Shown here: in pieces, positions 1 to 9,420 of the stretch | Numbering within the stretch: position 1 is the stretch's first letter | Layout: every line of letters starts with the position of its first letter | Source: Actinomycetota bacterium | GTDB lineage: Bacteria; Actinomycetota; Acidimicrobiia; Acidimicrobiales; Acidimicrobiaceae | DNA length: 64,000 bases | Assembly (NCBI GenBank): GCA_027320695.1 | Contig: DAHVKW010000001.1 | Span: forward strand, 10,993 to 74,992 | Reading direction: 5' to 3' | The notes under the pieces: generated by a model | Seen by the model: only the letters and a program-made list of their open reading frames with translations | Database searches by the model: none | Told to the model about the DNA's origin: nothing | Translations under genes and position numbers: made by a program

Positions 1-433
1 CGACCAGGGCTGAGGCGCCGTCGTAGAGCGACGCATTAGCAATTGGAAGGCCTGAAAGCCGCGATACCAGAGTTTGATACTCGAACAGAGCCTGAAGAAC
101 GCCTTGGGCAACTTCGGGCTGATAGGGCGTATACGCGGTCATGAACTCGGACCTGGAAGCCAAAGCCACGGTAGCAGAAGAGACGTCATGATCGTAAGCT
201 CCACCTCCGGCAAAGCAAACGAGGTCGCGCGAAACCGGAATATTCCTGCTGGCGTATAGTTCTATTTCGTCCAGCACGTCGGGCTCGGAAATACCCTCCG
301 GAAGATTCAGCCCCTCTTTCGCTAAGCGGATTGACGCTGGAATCTCATCAAAAAGATCCTCCACGGACGAGAATCCAAGAAAGCCGAGCATTTCTTTTAC
401 CTCGGCCGAAGTGTGCGGAATGAAACTTGTCAA
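1..433 (-). CDS. gcvPA: glycine dehydrogenase (aminomethyl-transferring) subunit 1, N-terminal part; the gene runs off the left edge
   Basis: Not in the ORF track because it is truncated, with a TTG start at 433. My minus-strand translation reads LTSFIPHTSAEVKEMLGFLGFSSVEDLFDEIPASIR...FAGGGAYDHDV...AYTPYQPEVAQGVLQALFEYQTL, a typical GcvPA N-terminus. It lies directly downstream of gcvT. Confidence 0.8.
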   Translation of the reverse strand, partial: MTSFIPHTSAEVKEMLGFLGFSSVEDLFDEIPASIRLAKEGLNLPEGISEPDVLDEIELYASRNIPVSRDLVCFAGGGAYDHDVSSATVALASRSEFMTAYTPYQPEVAQGVLQALFEYQTLVSRLSGLPIANASLYDGASALV

Positions 434-505
434 TTATTTCCACCTACTTGGTTGATCAGTTGTTGGGTTCGAGTTAATGGCCGTTGAGAAAGACTGACGC
501 CAACG

Positions 506-1567
506 CTATTTTGCATAGGCCTTCTTTACGAATGGAAGCTTGACGATTTCTACCGATATTTCCCTTCCCTTTGACTCTACGATTACGTGCTCGCCTGGTA
601 AACAATCAGGTTCGACGAATCCCATGGCAATGCCAACTTGAAGGACCGGCGAATAGCTCCCAGAGGTGGTAAATCCAATTTGGAGTCCGTTCCGAATGAT
701 TTTATGACCCTGCCTAAGAGGCTGTCTTGTACTGCCCCTGAGACCGATCAGCTTGCGCGCCAAGCCGTGCTCCATCTCTCTGACGAGAGCCTGCTTGCCC
801 AGAAACTGCGGTTTTGCGAAAGCTACCACCCAGCCAAGCCCTGCTTGGAGCGGAGTGATCCCCTCCCCAAGCTCATGTCCATATAGCGGCAACCCAGCCT
901 CGAGACGGAGGGTATCTCTTGCTCCGAGACCCGCCGGCGTCGCTCCGAGATGGACGAGTTCTTCCCACAAGGCGGGTGCCACTTCATTGGGAACAGAAAT
1001 TTCCACTCCGTCCTCTCCGGTATAGCCGGTTCCAGCAATGAAGATTCGCATCCCTCTATAAGTGCCTTCTGCGACCCCAAAGTGCGGAACTTCTGCGGCT
1101 TGGTGGAGCAAAGGGTGCGCCAGCGAGCGGGCACGGGGTCCCTGGAGCGCCAGCATTGCGCGATCTCCAGTCACATCAGTCCCAGGGATGGCAGCTAGCA
1201 CTCTTGAGGTATTTGAGGCGTTTGGCATTATTTGAAAGGCATTTGGGCCAGTCCACCAGACAATGATGTCGTCGGTCACTGCGCCAGTTGAATCGTCTAG
1301 GAGATGAGTATACTGCGCCCTGCCTGGTGATATCTTATCGAGGTCATTGGTCAGCGTCCTTTGAAGCAGGTCGAATGCTTGAGGTCCCTCGAGCCTGACC
1401 GTTCCCAGGTGGGATATGTCGAATATTGCCGCGTCATTTCGTGCGGCCATGTGTTCGGCCACGGTGCCGAGAGGATAGGAGAGGGGCATCTCCCAGCCAC
1501 CAAATTCCACCAATTTGGCGTTGAGCTGGCAATGGTTGTCATATAGGACGGTTCGCTTTAGTGTCAC
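506..1567 (-). CDS. gcvT: glycine cleavage system T protein (aminomethyltransferase)
   Basis: 353-aa ORF. LYDNHCQLNAKLVEFGGWEMPLSYP and the overall length are typical of GcvT. It is followed by gcvPA. Confidence 0.93.
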   Translation of the reverse strand: MTLKRTVLYDNHCQLNAKLVEFGGWEMPLSYPLGTVAEHMAARNDAAIFDISHLGTVRLEGPQAFDLLQRTLTNDLDKISPGRAQYTHLLDDSTGAVTDDIIVWWTGPNAFQIMPNASNTSRVLAAIPGTDVTGDRAMLALQGPRARSLAHPLLHQAAEVPHFGVAEGTYRGMRIFIAGTGYTGEDGVEISVPNEVAPALWEELVHLGATPAGLGARDTLRLEAGLPLYGHELGEGITPLQAGLGWVVAFAKPQFLGKQALVREMEHGLARKLIGLRGSTRQPLRQGHKIIRNGLQIGFTTSGSYSPVLQVGIAMGFVEPDCLPGEHVIVESKGREISVEIVKLPFVKKAYAK

Positions 1568-1728
1568 GTCCCTAACTTAGTGCTCTGGAAGAGTATTTTT
1601 GATCGCTTGGAATATTAGATACAACTGAGTTTAAAGAAACTGCAAACGAAGTCGTGAAAACACGCTGAAGATCTCATTCAATGACACTCGCGGTTCGCAA
1701 TATACTCAAAGCGGCTATCGCCTCAAGC

Positions 1729-2229
1729 CTATATCGCCAGCTTCTGCTGTCCAGGTACTGTAGTCTTTCGCGAATCCGATGCCGGTTCGGCATCCGGGCC
1801 GGCCTGGTATTTCATTGCCACAATCGCTGCATCTAGCTCGCTGACGATCTCTTGCAATGAAAGGACGGTCGACATTACAAGTTGACCGCCACGGAGAAGG
1901 TTTATCAGTTCCTCGCCAGTTCTCACAAGGACGGTTCCGGGCCCTACGACGAGAACATCGGCGTTTGAAAGATCTTCTTTTAGGTTCTCGCGGAGATATT
2001 CAACGGCCTTTCGGGCTGCCTGTAGCGATATGCCGCCAGATAGTAGGTGCTTTATAACTTTGAGTTCGAGTATGTCGCGATAGGAGTATGCCCTTTGCGT
2101 GCCCGAACCATGTGCGTCCGCTACCGAGGGACGGACCAAACCGGTGCGCGCCCAGTAATCAAGCTGTCGGTAGGTTATTCCGGCCAGCTTGCAGGCCTGC
2201 AGACCTCTAAAACCGAGGGACATTTCCAT
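1729..2229 (-). CDS. MerR family transcriptional regulator
   Basis: ORF 1729..2274. The preferred ATG at 2229 follows GGAGACGGA. The HTH LQACKLAGITYRQLDYWARTGLV...RAYSYRDILELKVI is MerR-type. The position matches the second MerR gene of the actinobacterial gcvH block. Confidence 0.85.
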   Translation of the reverse strand: MEMSLGFRGLQACKLAGITYRQLDYWARTGLVRPSVADAHGSGTQRAYSYRDILELKVIKHLLSGGISLQAARKAVEYLRENLKEDLSNADVLVVGPGTVLVRTGEELINLLRGGQLVMSTVLSLQEIVSELDAAIVAMKYQAGPDAEPASDSRKTTVPGQQKLAI

Positions 2230-2340
2230 TCCGTCTCCTACACTAACGTAGTTACATAATTGTAGTGAAGACAAGTATGGCAGATTTTTATGCTATGTTA
2301 TGCATGTAAAAAAAATTAACCCAGAAAAATCCTTAAGGCG

Positions 2341-2859
2341 TTATCCAGAAAAGTCTTCCGGCTTAAGGTCTTCAAGAAACTCTCTGAACTCGCCCACAAG
2401 TTGCTCGGGATTTTGCTCCTCATCTATGGTGCCCCTGTCTTCGTCAAGGATCTCGGCTGAAATTCCTTCAGTCTCAAGAAGATCGTCGGCTACATATATC
2501 GGAGCCGGGATTCTAATTGCAAGGGCTATTGCGTCGGATGGCCTGGCAGAGATATGGTAGGTCTTGTTCCCCCGAACGACGACAAGCTCAGCGAAATAGG
2601 TTGAGTCTCTGAGTTCTGTGATGATAATGCTTTTCAGGTGCGATTCGAGTTCTTCTATAACATTTTTGAGCAAATCATGCGTCATTGGCCTGGGAGTCTC
2701 GATTTCCTGTATTGCAAGAGCGATCGCGGTGGCTTCCGGAGCGCCGATGAATATTGGCAGTGTTCGCTTGGGTTTGGTCAACTCCTGGAGCAGAAGTACA
2801 GGGGTGTTGGAACGTAGGTCAACTCGTACCGCGGAAAGTTCAACCTCTATCATACGCAT
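2341..2859 (-). CDS. bifunctional nuclease family protein (DUF151)
   Basis: ORF 2341..2937. The ATG at 2859 follows GGAGGTGAGC. MRMIEVELSAVRVDL...LPIFIGAPEATAIALA...RPMTHDLL is the DUF151 signature. Confidence 0.85.
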   Translation of the reverse strand: MRMIEVELSAVRVDLRSNTPVLLLQELTKPKRTLPIFIGAPEATAIALAIQEIETPRPMTHDLLKNVIEELESHLKSIIITELRDSTYFAELVVVRGNKTYHISARPSDAIALAIRIPAPIYVADDLLETEGISAEILDEDRGTIDEEQNPEQLVGEFREFLEDLKPEDFSG

Positions 2860-2999
2860 GCTCACCTCCTGCCAACAGTTCTGGCGCTGAGGCCTGTTCC
2901 CAAAAATCAGCTCCAGCCCTTTATGATCTTTGATCACCTATTTCTAACTATAAACCTAATCAGCTTTAAAGGTGAATAGCTCGGAAGTGAAAACAGGAT

Positions 3000-4154
3000 T
3001 TATGACTGCAGGATTTTTTCTATCGCCCGCTCCAATAGCAGCGTTCTGAACTGGGCTCCCAATTCTCCCAACTGCGTCAGAGCGGTCTCGGCACGATTGC
3101 GAGATTTGGAAGACTTATTCGCCAGGATCGGCAGAATTACCTGTTCGAGAAAAGACGCTTCTCTTTCGGCTGACACTCGGTACATTTTTAGATGTCTTGC
3201 TTCAAGTCCAAATCTCGCAAATTCCTTGGCTAGCGAAGCCAGTTCTAGATCCGCGGCACAATAGATCTGCTGCCCACGCACGGAAGTTGGGTTCAAGAGG
3301 CCAAAGGTTGTCAAGTCTTCGACCTGGACCAGGCTCAAATCTGCAAGTTCTGCAATATTTCGGGCCGTAAACGAATTCTTTGGAAAACCGGATTCTGCCG
3401 CATCATTCGCCGACCCTTGGCTTTCGTCGGTCTCCTCCGATCTGTCGTGGAGTGCCCGTGTCTCTTCTAGCTTCTCAGCTAGCGCGGAGGCCGATGGCAG
3501 GGCGAACAATCGGGGCCGCTTTGCCGCAGGCAGTTTATCATCCAATGGACCGCTTTGAGTAGCAGAAACACCGGCATCATTTGGAGCGACATGCTGTGAC
3601 GCAGCATTAAATTTGCTGGCTTCAGGGGGTCTTGGTTCCGTACGGGGACTGGCCGTAGCGGTGCTTCGCCCTTCCGCGGGGCCAGCAGAAATTGGCATCG
3701 CTACGTGGCCAGGCTGACCATGAGCCGAACCCGTTTCGTGAGCGGAGCTACCTTTAGCCTCTACTTTACGATTAGCTTGATTTCGGCGGGCCTGATTGGC
3801 GCTTTCATCCAGCGGGTCCCCAAAGATATCCTTTTCAAATTTGGAACTTTTAGATCGCTGGTACTTGGCAAATCGACCTTTGCTTGGATCGAGAACGAAG
3901 ACTCCTGGCTCTTTCTCAGTAATTCGATCCTTGATCACTTTGAGCGGCAGGAATTGCTCTCTCTGCTGTCGCAGTACGAAGGTGAGCCTTTCGATATCAT
4001 GGGCGTAAAATTTTCTATAGCCATTTGTCGTTCGCTCTGGCGCAATTAACCCCTGTGTTTCTAGGAACCTGATCTTCGAGATGGTGACCTCTGGAAATTC
4101 CTCTTTGATAAAATCGAGGGTCTCGCCGATTGACCTGTATCCCCTATCGCCCAC
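3000..4154 (-). CDS. MerR family transcriptional regulator with a long low-complexity linker (FtsR-like position)
   Basis: ORF 3000..4205. N-terminal HTH: ISKIRFLETQGLIAPERTTNGYRKFYAHDIERLTFVLRQQRE. There is a second MerR-like segment near the C-terminus. The likely GTG start at 4154 follows GGGAGG; the exact start is uncertain. Confidence 0.8.
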   Translation of the reverse strand: MGDRGYRSIGETLDFIKEEFPEVTISKIRFLETQGLIAPERTTNGYRKFYAHDIERLTFVLRQQREQFLPLKVIKDRITEKEPGVFVLDPSKGRFAKYQRSKSSKFEKDIFGDPLDESANQARRNQANRKVEAKGSSAHETGSAHGQPGHVAMPISAGPAEGRSTATASPRTEPRPPEASKFNAASQHVAPNDAGVSATQSGPLDDKLPAAKRPRLFALPSASALAEKLEETRALHDRSEETDESQGSANDAAESGFPKNSFTARNIAELADLSLVQVEDLTTFGLLNPTSVRGQQIYCAADLELASLAKEFARFGLEARHLKMYRVSAEREASFLEQVILPILANKSSKSRNRAETALTQLGELGAQFRTLLLERAIEKILQS

Positions 4155-4629
4155 TTGTGCCACCCTCCCGTGACGGTGCGACGAAAATAAGTTTGTACTT
4201 TCCAACCTGCACTTCGTCGCCGGTTACGAGTTTTGCCTGGTCAATCCTTTGCTTATTGACATAGGTTCCGTTAAGGGAACCCGCATCCACGACGAAATAT
4301 TCTTCTTTGCGGATCATGAATTCAGCATGCCGCCTTGAGACCGTGATGTCGTCGAGAAAGATGTCAGAGTCTGGATGGCGTCCGACTCGGGTTACTTCCC
4401 TCTCCAGCACAAAGTAAGTGCCGGAACTCGGTCCACCTTTGACGACCAAGACAACCTGATCCGCTGGCGCGAGTAGAATGGCATGGTCGACAAACTCGTC
4501 CACGGCATCAATTGCTGGTTCGACCGACGCCAAGGTACCCGTGTCGTCGTCATCGTTCACTGGCCTGCCGCACGATGAACAAAAATTTGCGTCGCTTGGA
4601 TTCATGTATCCGCAATTACTGCACTGCAC
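4144..4629 (-). CDS. FHA domain protein with an N-terminal zinc ribbon (GarA/OdhI position)
   Basis: CSNCGYMNPSDANFCSSCG is a zinc ribbon. The FHA core reads VTRVGRHPDSDIFLDDITVSRRHAEF...GSLNGTYVNKQRI. It sits between gcvH and the MerR gene, as garA does in mycobacteria. Confidence 0.85.
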   Translation of the reverse strand: MQCSNCGYMNPSDANFCSSCGRPVNDDDDTGTLASVEPAIDAVDEFVDHAILLAPADQVVLVVKGGPSSGTYFVLEREVTRVGRHPDSDIFLDDITVSRRHAEFMIRKEEYFVVDAGSLNGTYVNKQRIDQAKLVTGDEVQVGKYKLIFVAPSREGGTSGR

Positions 4630-5022
4630 TTGGATTACACCATTTCTCGCAACCTAAACCTTAGGGTTAAGCACTAAAGATTACTCGCGTTTGTTATCTA
4701 AGTCCACTAATTTCCGGGCGGTAAGTCGCTTACCGCTAATTTCTGTTGCTGGATATCCGTAGTTATTACCTGCAAGTAAATCTATGTGGCGGGGCCTGAA
4801 TCTAATGTGGACCGAGAAGACCGGTCTATTGAGTGTTGTGGAACTTTTGGCAAAGTGTTAAAGCTGATCAGGAATTTCTGACCTGCACATTAGGACACGC
4901 AATGAAGATAAATGGGTGTAACGACTTGATCAGCAGGATTCGCATTATCTAAACTCTCCAAAGTCACCTGCCCCTCAGCAATTTAAATCTGGAAAATAAC
5001 GGATTGCCAACGAATTGCAAGG

Positions 5023-5403
5023 CTACTTCTCTATGAGCTCTTGGTAGTCTTTCGGTGAGAGCAGTTGGTTCAATTCCCCGGGGTCAGACATCTCCAGCAC
5101 AGCAATCCAGCCTTCGCCGTAGGGAGAAGAATTTATCAGTTCCGGATTGGTTGTGAGGGTTTTATTCACCGTGATTACGGTACCCGAAACTGGAGCGTAA
5201 ATGTCTGAAACAGATTTCGTCGACTCGACTTCGCTCAGCGTGCTGCTGGCGCTGACAATGTCATTGGGTGTCGGAAGTTGTACGAAGACCACGTCACCAA
5301 GTGCATCCTGAGCATAATCAGTAATCCCAATTACGACAGTCTTTCCTTCGACTCGCACCCATTCATGATCGCTTGTGAACAGCAGGTTTTCTGGTTGTGA
5401 CAT
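5023..5403 (-). CDS. gcvH: glycine cleavage system H protein
   Basis: 126 aa. It carries the lipoyl-lysine motif context LSEVESTKSVSDIYAPVSG and the typical FTSDHEWVRVEG N-terminus. Confidence 0.93.
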   Translation of the reverse strand: MSQPENLLFTSDHEWVRVEGKTVVIGITDYAQDALGDVVFVQLPTPNDIVSASSTLSEVESTKSVSDIYAPVSGTVITVNKTLTTNPELINSSPYGEGWIAVLEMSDPGELNQLLSPKDYQELIEK

Positions 5404-5491
5404 GTATAAAACGTTACTACTTTTAACGTTGGAACAAGACAGAAGTATGTATTAAACCCAGATTTAAGCGCCTTTGGACCAGCTGGGGTCT

Positions 5492-6091
5492 TTAGTTCCT
5501 AGAGGACAAATGAATCGACAGCAGTTTCCGGCTGTAGCTTGCCAACGCGATAAATAAAATCGCAAGCCCCGGAATCATAAACACATAGCCAAGCACCGTA
5601 AAGTAGCTTACGTAATCGGTTTTTGCTCCGGCAAAGACAAAAAAAGGCAGGCCGAACATCATTAGGAGCGTTCCAGCCTTGCCGTAATATACCACGTCAA
5701 GCCGCGTCTTATATCTAAGCGCGACGGTTCCCACTACCGCAGACACGGCAATCTCCCGAGCAAATATGACGATCAGAAGCCAAGTCGGGATTAGGTCCTG
5801 GTGGAAGGCCACAACGCCAGCTGCTATGAGTAAAAGCCGGTCAGCGGATGGGTCAATCACCTTGCCAAGGGTTGAGGTCTGGTGAAGTTTTCTGGCCAGG
5901 TAACCGTCAATCCAATCCGTCGCGCCGATTAGTCCCAGAAACAGGCCGCTCCATATCAGATGGGTTCGACCCCAGCCGAGAAATACAAATACAGGGATCA
6001 TCAAGATGCGAACCGTAGTGATGAAGTTTGGGAGCGTGACTATTCGGTCCTGAGACTGTGTGCTGTGGCCCAAATCGCTCTCCTTGGTCAT
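5492..6091 (-). CDS. CDP-alcohol phosphatidyltransferase (PgsA-like)
   Basis: The motif DWIDGYLARKLHQTSTLGKVIDPSADRLL fits D-x2-DG-x2-AR...G-x3-D-x3-D. The protein has multiple TM segments. Confidence 0.85.
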   Translation of the reverse strand: MTKESDLGHSTQSQDRIVTLPNFITTVRILMIPVFVFLGWGRTHLIWSGLFLGLIGATDWIDGYLARKLHQTSTLGKVIDPSADRLLLIAAGVVAFHQDLIPTWLLIVIFAREIAVSAVVGTVALRYKTRLDVVYYGKAGTLLMMFGLPFFVFAGAKTDYVSYFTVLGYVFMIPGLAILFIALASYSRKLLSIHLSSRN

Positions 6092-6166
6092 CCGTTGATG
6101 TACATACTAAATTCTGGCTAACATGGGCGCGACATCGGCTCAGCCTTAGTTTTGCGGTTGCTGACC

Positions 6167-6955
6167 CTAGATCTGAAATGTGGTACCAATCTCAGCTAGT
6201 TGAGAAACGCCGGTGAAATTCTCACGAACGATTCTCAGGATCTTTCCCTTGTCACCTGGATAGGCGATGTGAGTTATGGCAAGCGTTTTGACGCCCGCAC
6301 TCTTCGCAAACGTTGCAAGGGACTTCGCATCCAAGTGGAGCCCTTTGGGAAAGCTCTGGTCGCGCTCCACCCACGTCGACTCTCCCAGCAAAAGGTCAAC
6401 GTGGTCGGATGCAGCCGCGAGACCTTCGCTATAGTCCCCGTCGGCTCCGTAACACAGTGACGAAGAGCCGTCAGACACGCGCGTAACCAAAGTTGGCACT
6501 GGGTGGCTGGCGCGAAAAAATTGGAGATTCAGGCTGCCTACGGCGATATGGTCGCCAGGATTGACGGTGTTGATCGAGAATACCCCGGGGTCGATCCCTC
6601 TTGGAGTTATCAGGCGCGCAAGTGTTTTCAAAGCATCGCCGGTGCTAAATACGGGAATCGGGTGTATCGGTGGATTGGCATATTTGAGATAGTGGTACAT
6701 TCCGACGACGTCAGCAAAGTGGTCCACGTGGCCGTGACTAATAATTATTGCATCTAGCCCAGCGGGGTCTATCACCGGGTAGAGGTTAGTCAGAGAGCCG
6801 TTGCCGGCGTCAAAAAGTATCGAAGTCTGTCCTGAGCGTACAAGGTAGCTTGAGCAGGCCGAACCGGGAGCAGGATACGATCCTGCGCAACCAACGATGT
6901 CCAAGCGCAACTGAGTGCCTCCTTCATCCAGTTGTTTCAGCAACTGGTGATCCAT
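6167..6955 (-). CDS. MBL-fold metallo-hydrolase
   Basis: ISHGHVDHFADV is the HxHxDH motif. 262 aa. Confidence 0.8.
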   Translation of the reverse strand: MDHQLLKQLDEGGTQLRLDIVGCAGSYPAPGSACSSYLVRSGQTSILFDAGNGSLTNLYPVIDPAGLDAIIISHGHVDHFADVVGMYHYLKYANPPIHPIPVFSTGDALKTLARLITPRGIDPGVFSINTVNPGDHIAVGSLNLQFFRASHPVPTLVTRVSDGSSSLCYGADGDYSEGLAAASDHVDLLLGESTWVERDQSFPKGLHLDAKSLATFAKSAGVKTLAITHIAYPGDKGKILRIVRENFTGVSQLAEIGTTFQI

Positions 6956-7053
6956 GATAAAACAAGTCTTGCTCTTGCTCGAAGAGACTCAGCCTTTTGA
7001 GCTCTCAGAGAGTTTGAAACAGCGCCCGATATTTTGGCTCGGCGCGCCACAAT

Positions 7054-7635
7054 CTATTGATTTGTTGAATAATCGAGGTCCGCTCCCCTATTTTGTAGAT
7101 CTTCCAGCGCATCCAAGGAGCGTTCTTCTGAAACACCGGTGACGAGGTCGAGCAGGATCCTTGTTGGAAAGCCGTAATCCAGCGAATCGACTGCGCTTTG
7201 CGATACGCAGTAGTCGGTAGCTATCCCGCAGATGTCCACTGCTTCAATCTCTTTGCTTTCGAGCAGTTCGAGCAGGGACTCATTGGTTTGCGTGCGCCCA
7301 TCGAACGCGGAATAGGCACCCCGATACTCGCCTTTGAGCACAATTTGATCTATAAAGCTTATGTCTAATGCAGGGTGGAACTCACTTCCAGCGGTCCCTG
7401 CCACGCAGTGTGGAGGCCAGGTGCCTCTGAAATCAGGATGGGCAGAGAAATGATCGGCAGGCCGCCGATGGTTGTCCTTGCTCGCGACGACGAGGTCATA
7501 TTTGTTGGACAGTCTGCGCAGATATTCGGTGATTCGGTGGGCAACTTCTTCGCCATGCTTGACCTCCAGCGATCCGCCTTCGCAAAAGTCATTTTGCACA
7601 TCCACTATCAGAAGTGCTCTGCGGATGTCATTCAT
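7054..7635 (-). CDS. pncA: nicotinamidase / isochorismatase-family hydrolase
   Basis: ORF 7054..7686. The ATG at 7635 follows AAGGAG plus 6 nt. ALLIVDVQNDFCEGGSL, and later ICGIATDYCV carrying the catalytic Cys, are typical of PncA. Confidence 0.75.
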   Translation of the reverse strand: MNDIRRALLIVDVQNDFCEGGSLEVKHGEEVAHRITEYLRRLSNKYDLVVASKDNHRRPADHFSAHPDFRGTWPPHCVAGTAGSEFHPALDISFIDQIVLKGEYRGAYSAFDGRTQTNESLLELLESKEIEAVDICGIATDYCVSQSAVDSLDYGFPTRILLDLVTGVSEERSLDALEDLQNRGADLDYSTNQ

Positions 7636-7710
7636 CAGCCGCTCCTTTGAACAAGGCGCCAGGTGCCGCGTGCTCAATAATTTCACGAGCTCCGTTGCTA
7701 AAGTGTAGTT

Positions 7711-8469
7711 ATGTCTTTCGCTGCTGGATACCTGATTGCATTTGGTGGTGGAATAATCTCATTTCTTTCGCCTTGCGTGCTTCCTCTGGTTCCCGCCTAC
7801 CTTTCGGTAGTGACCGGCATCGATGTGGCCGAGTTAAAAGGCGACAATATGTCGCTGGCAAGAACGGCTAAAACTCTTCGAACGACGCTACTGTTCATTG
7901 TCGGATTTTCTGCAGTATTCATCGTGCTTGGGCTCGCCGCGACATCAGTTGGGAAAGCCTTGTACTCTGATCGAATTGCCCTGACCCGAATCTCGGGGAT
8001 CATTTTGATTGTCATGGGAAGCGTTCTTCTGGCATCACAATATCTTCGGATTCCCATACTCTATTCAGAGAAGAGATATTGGCCTAAATTGGGGACAATG
8101 GGACCTTTTGCTGCGCCTGTTGCAGGTATGGCATTTGGATTCGGATGGACTCCGTGTATTGGGCCGATACTGTCATCCGTCCTGGCCGTCGCCGCTACAC
8201 AAGGTCAAACGCTAAAAGGCGGGCTGCTATTGGCTGCCTATTCCCTTGGACTAGGCGTTCCGTTTTTGGCAGCGGGATTGGGACTTTCGAAACTGGAAGG
8301 TACCTTTAGCTGGATCAAGCGGCATTTTTCCGCAATCGCCACGATTTCATCCCTGTTTCTGGTCTTCTTTGGGATTTTGCTCGCATTGAATAGATTTATC
8401 ATTTTGACCCAGCAGTTGTCCGACCTGATGAACTATTTGGATCTGGGCCGCCTGATAACCGTGGGATGA
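7711..8469 (+). CDS. ccdA: cytochrome c biogenesis protein CcdA (DsbD family)
   Basis: FLSPCVLPLVPAYLS and a second FGWTPCIGPIL motif. The protein is polytopic. Confidence 0.85.
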   Translation: MSFAAGYLIAFGGGIISFLSPCVLPLVPAYLSVVTGIDVAELKGDNMSLARTAKTLRTTLLFIVGFSAVFIVLGLAATSVGKALYSDRIALTRISGIILIVMGSVLLASQYLRIPILYSEKRYWPKLGTMGPFAAPVAGMAFGFGWTPCIGPILSSVLAVAATQGQTLKGGLLLAAYSLGLGVPFLAAGLGLSKLEGTFSWIKRHFSAIATISSLFLVFFGILLALNRFIILTQQLSDLMNYLDLGRLITVG

Positions 8470-8669
8470 TGGAATAAGGTCCATTTTTGACCAATGGTCC
8501 GACCTCGAGTTGCGCTGCCCTCTCTATTTAATGGCCTTGTGCGAATTGCGCACTACGTTCCAGAGAACCCCGGGCAAATGCCGTGCCGTTGAATGTAGAG
8601 TCTTGGATACGCATTGTTTTCTGGCCGGAGCAGTGTTCATCGTAAGCGCTATGAGAAGTCGAGGTTCGA

Positions 8670-9419
8670 ATGACCCGCACGGTATCGCTATTTGTTTCCT
8701 GTTTCAATGACATGATGTTTCCCAAGACAGCTCGCGCCGCAGTCAAGGTCTTAAACAAGTTAAATGTCAAGGTTAGATTTCCTGATGAACAAACCTGTTG
8801 CGGCCAAATTCATTTCAACACAGGATACGCACCGATGGCCGTTTCGCTTGTCAAACATTTTGTCGAGAGTTTTAGGGGCTCCGATGAGGTGGTGGCGCTC
8901 TCTGCGTCGTGCACCGCAATGGTTCGCGAGCATTATCTAGAGCTTGCCTCTCGGACGCACGACAACGAACTTATTTCAAGAACCGAAGAGCTGGTTCCGA
9001 AGGTTTTTGAATTCTCCGAATACCTGACTGGGGTGCTGGGGGTTACAGATGTCGGAGCGTACTATCCGCACAAGGTTAGCTATCATCCGACCTGCCATTC
9101 TTTGAGGTCCCTGCACATTTACCACTCCGCGGTCGAGCTTTTGGGAGCAGTGAAAGGGTTGGAGCTTGTGGATCTTCCGTATGCGGAGCAATGCTGTGGC
9201 TTTGGCGGCACCTTTTCTGTGAAGAATTCTGCCATGTCAACCGCGATGCTTGCAGACAAAACGGCGAGCATTGTAAATGCGAGAGCAGAGACCGTGGTTG
9301 CTGTCGACAACTCGTGCCTGATGCACATATCTGGTGCTCTGCGTAAAAATGGTACCGGAGTTTCCGTGATGCATCTCGCAGAAGTTCTTGCCCAGGGTAT
9401 GGACGGGGGTGAAATCTGA
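8670..9419 (+). CDS. lutA: (Fe-S)-binding protein, lactate utilization protein A
   Basis: CCG-domain motifs EQTCCGQ and EQCCGFGG. VSLFVSCFNDMMFP is the typical N-terminus. It is first in the lutABC order. Confidence 0.85.
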   Translation: MTRTVSLFVSCFNDMMFPKTARAAVKVLNKLNVKVRFPDEQTCCGQIHFNTGYAPMAVSLVKHFVESFRGSDEVVALSASCTAMVREHYLELASRTHDNELISRTEELVPKVFEFSEYLTGVLGVTDVGAYYPHKVSYHPTCHSLRSLHIYHSAVELLGAVKGLELVDLPYAEQCCGFGGTFSVKNSAMSTAMLADKTASIVNARAETVVAVDNSCLMHISGALRKNGTGVSVMHLAEVLAQGMDGGEI

Positions 9420-9420
9420 G

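Noticed and set aside
1568-1728. Glycine riboswitch upstream of gcvT (I also looked in 4630..5022, downstream of gcvH and upstream of the FHA gene)
   Set aside because: I read the minus strand for the conserved GGAGAG...CCGAAGG(A/G)GCAA cores and found none. The region is short and AT-rich. An Infernal scan would settle it.
4718-4736. Hairpin GCGGTAAG-TCG-CTTACCGC as the gcvH terminator
   Set aside because: It lies about 290 nt downstream of the gcvH stop and has no U-tract on the minus strand.
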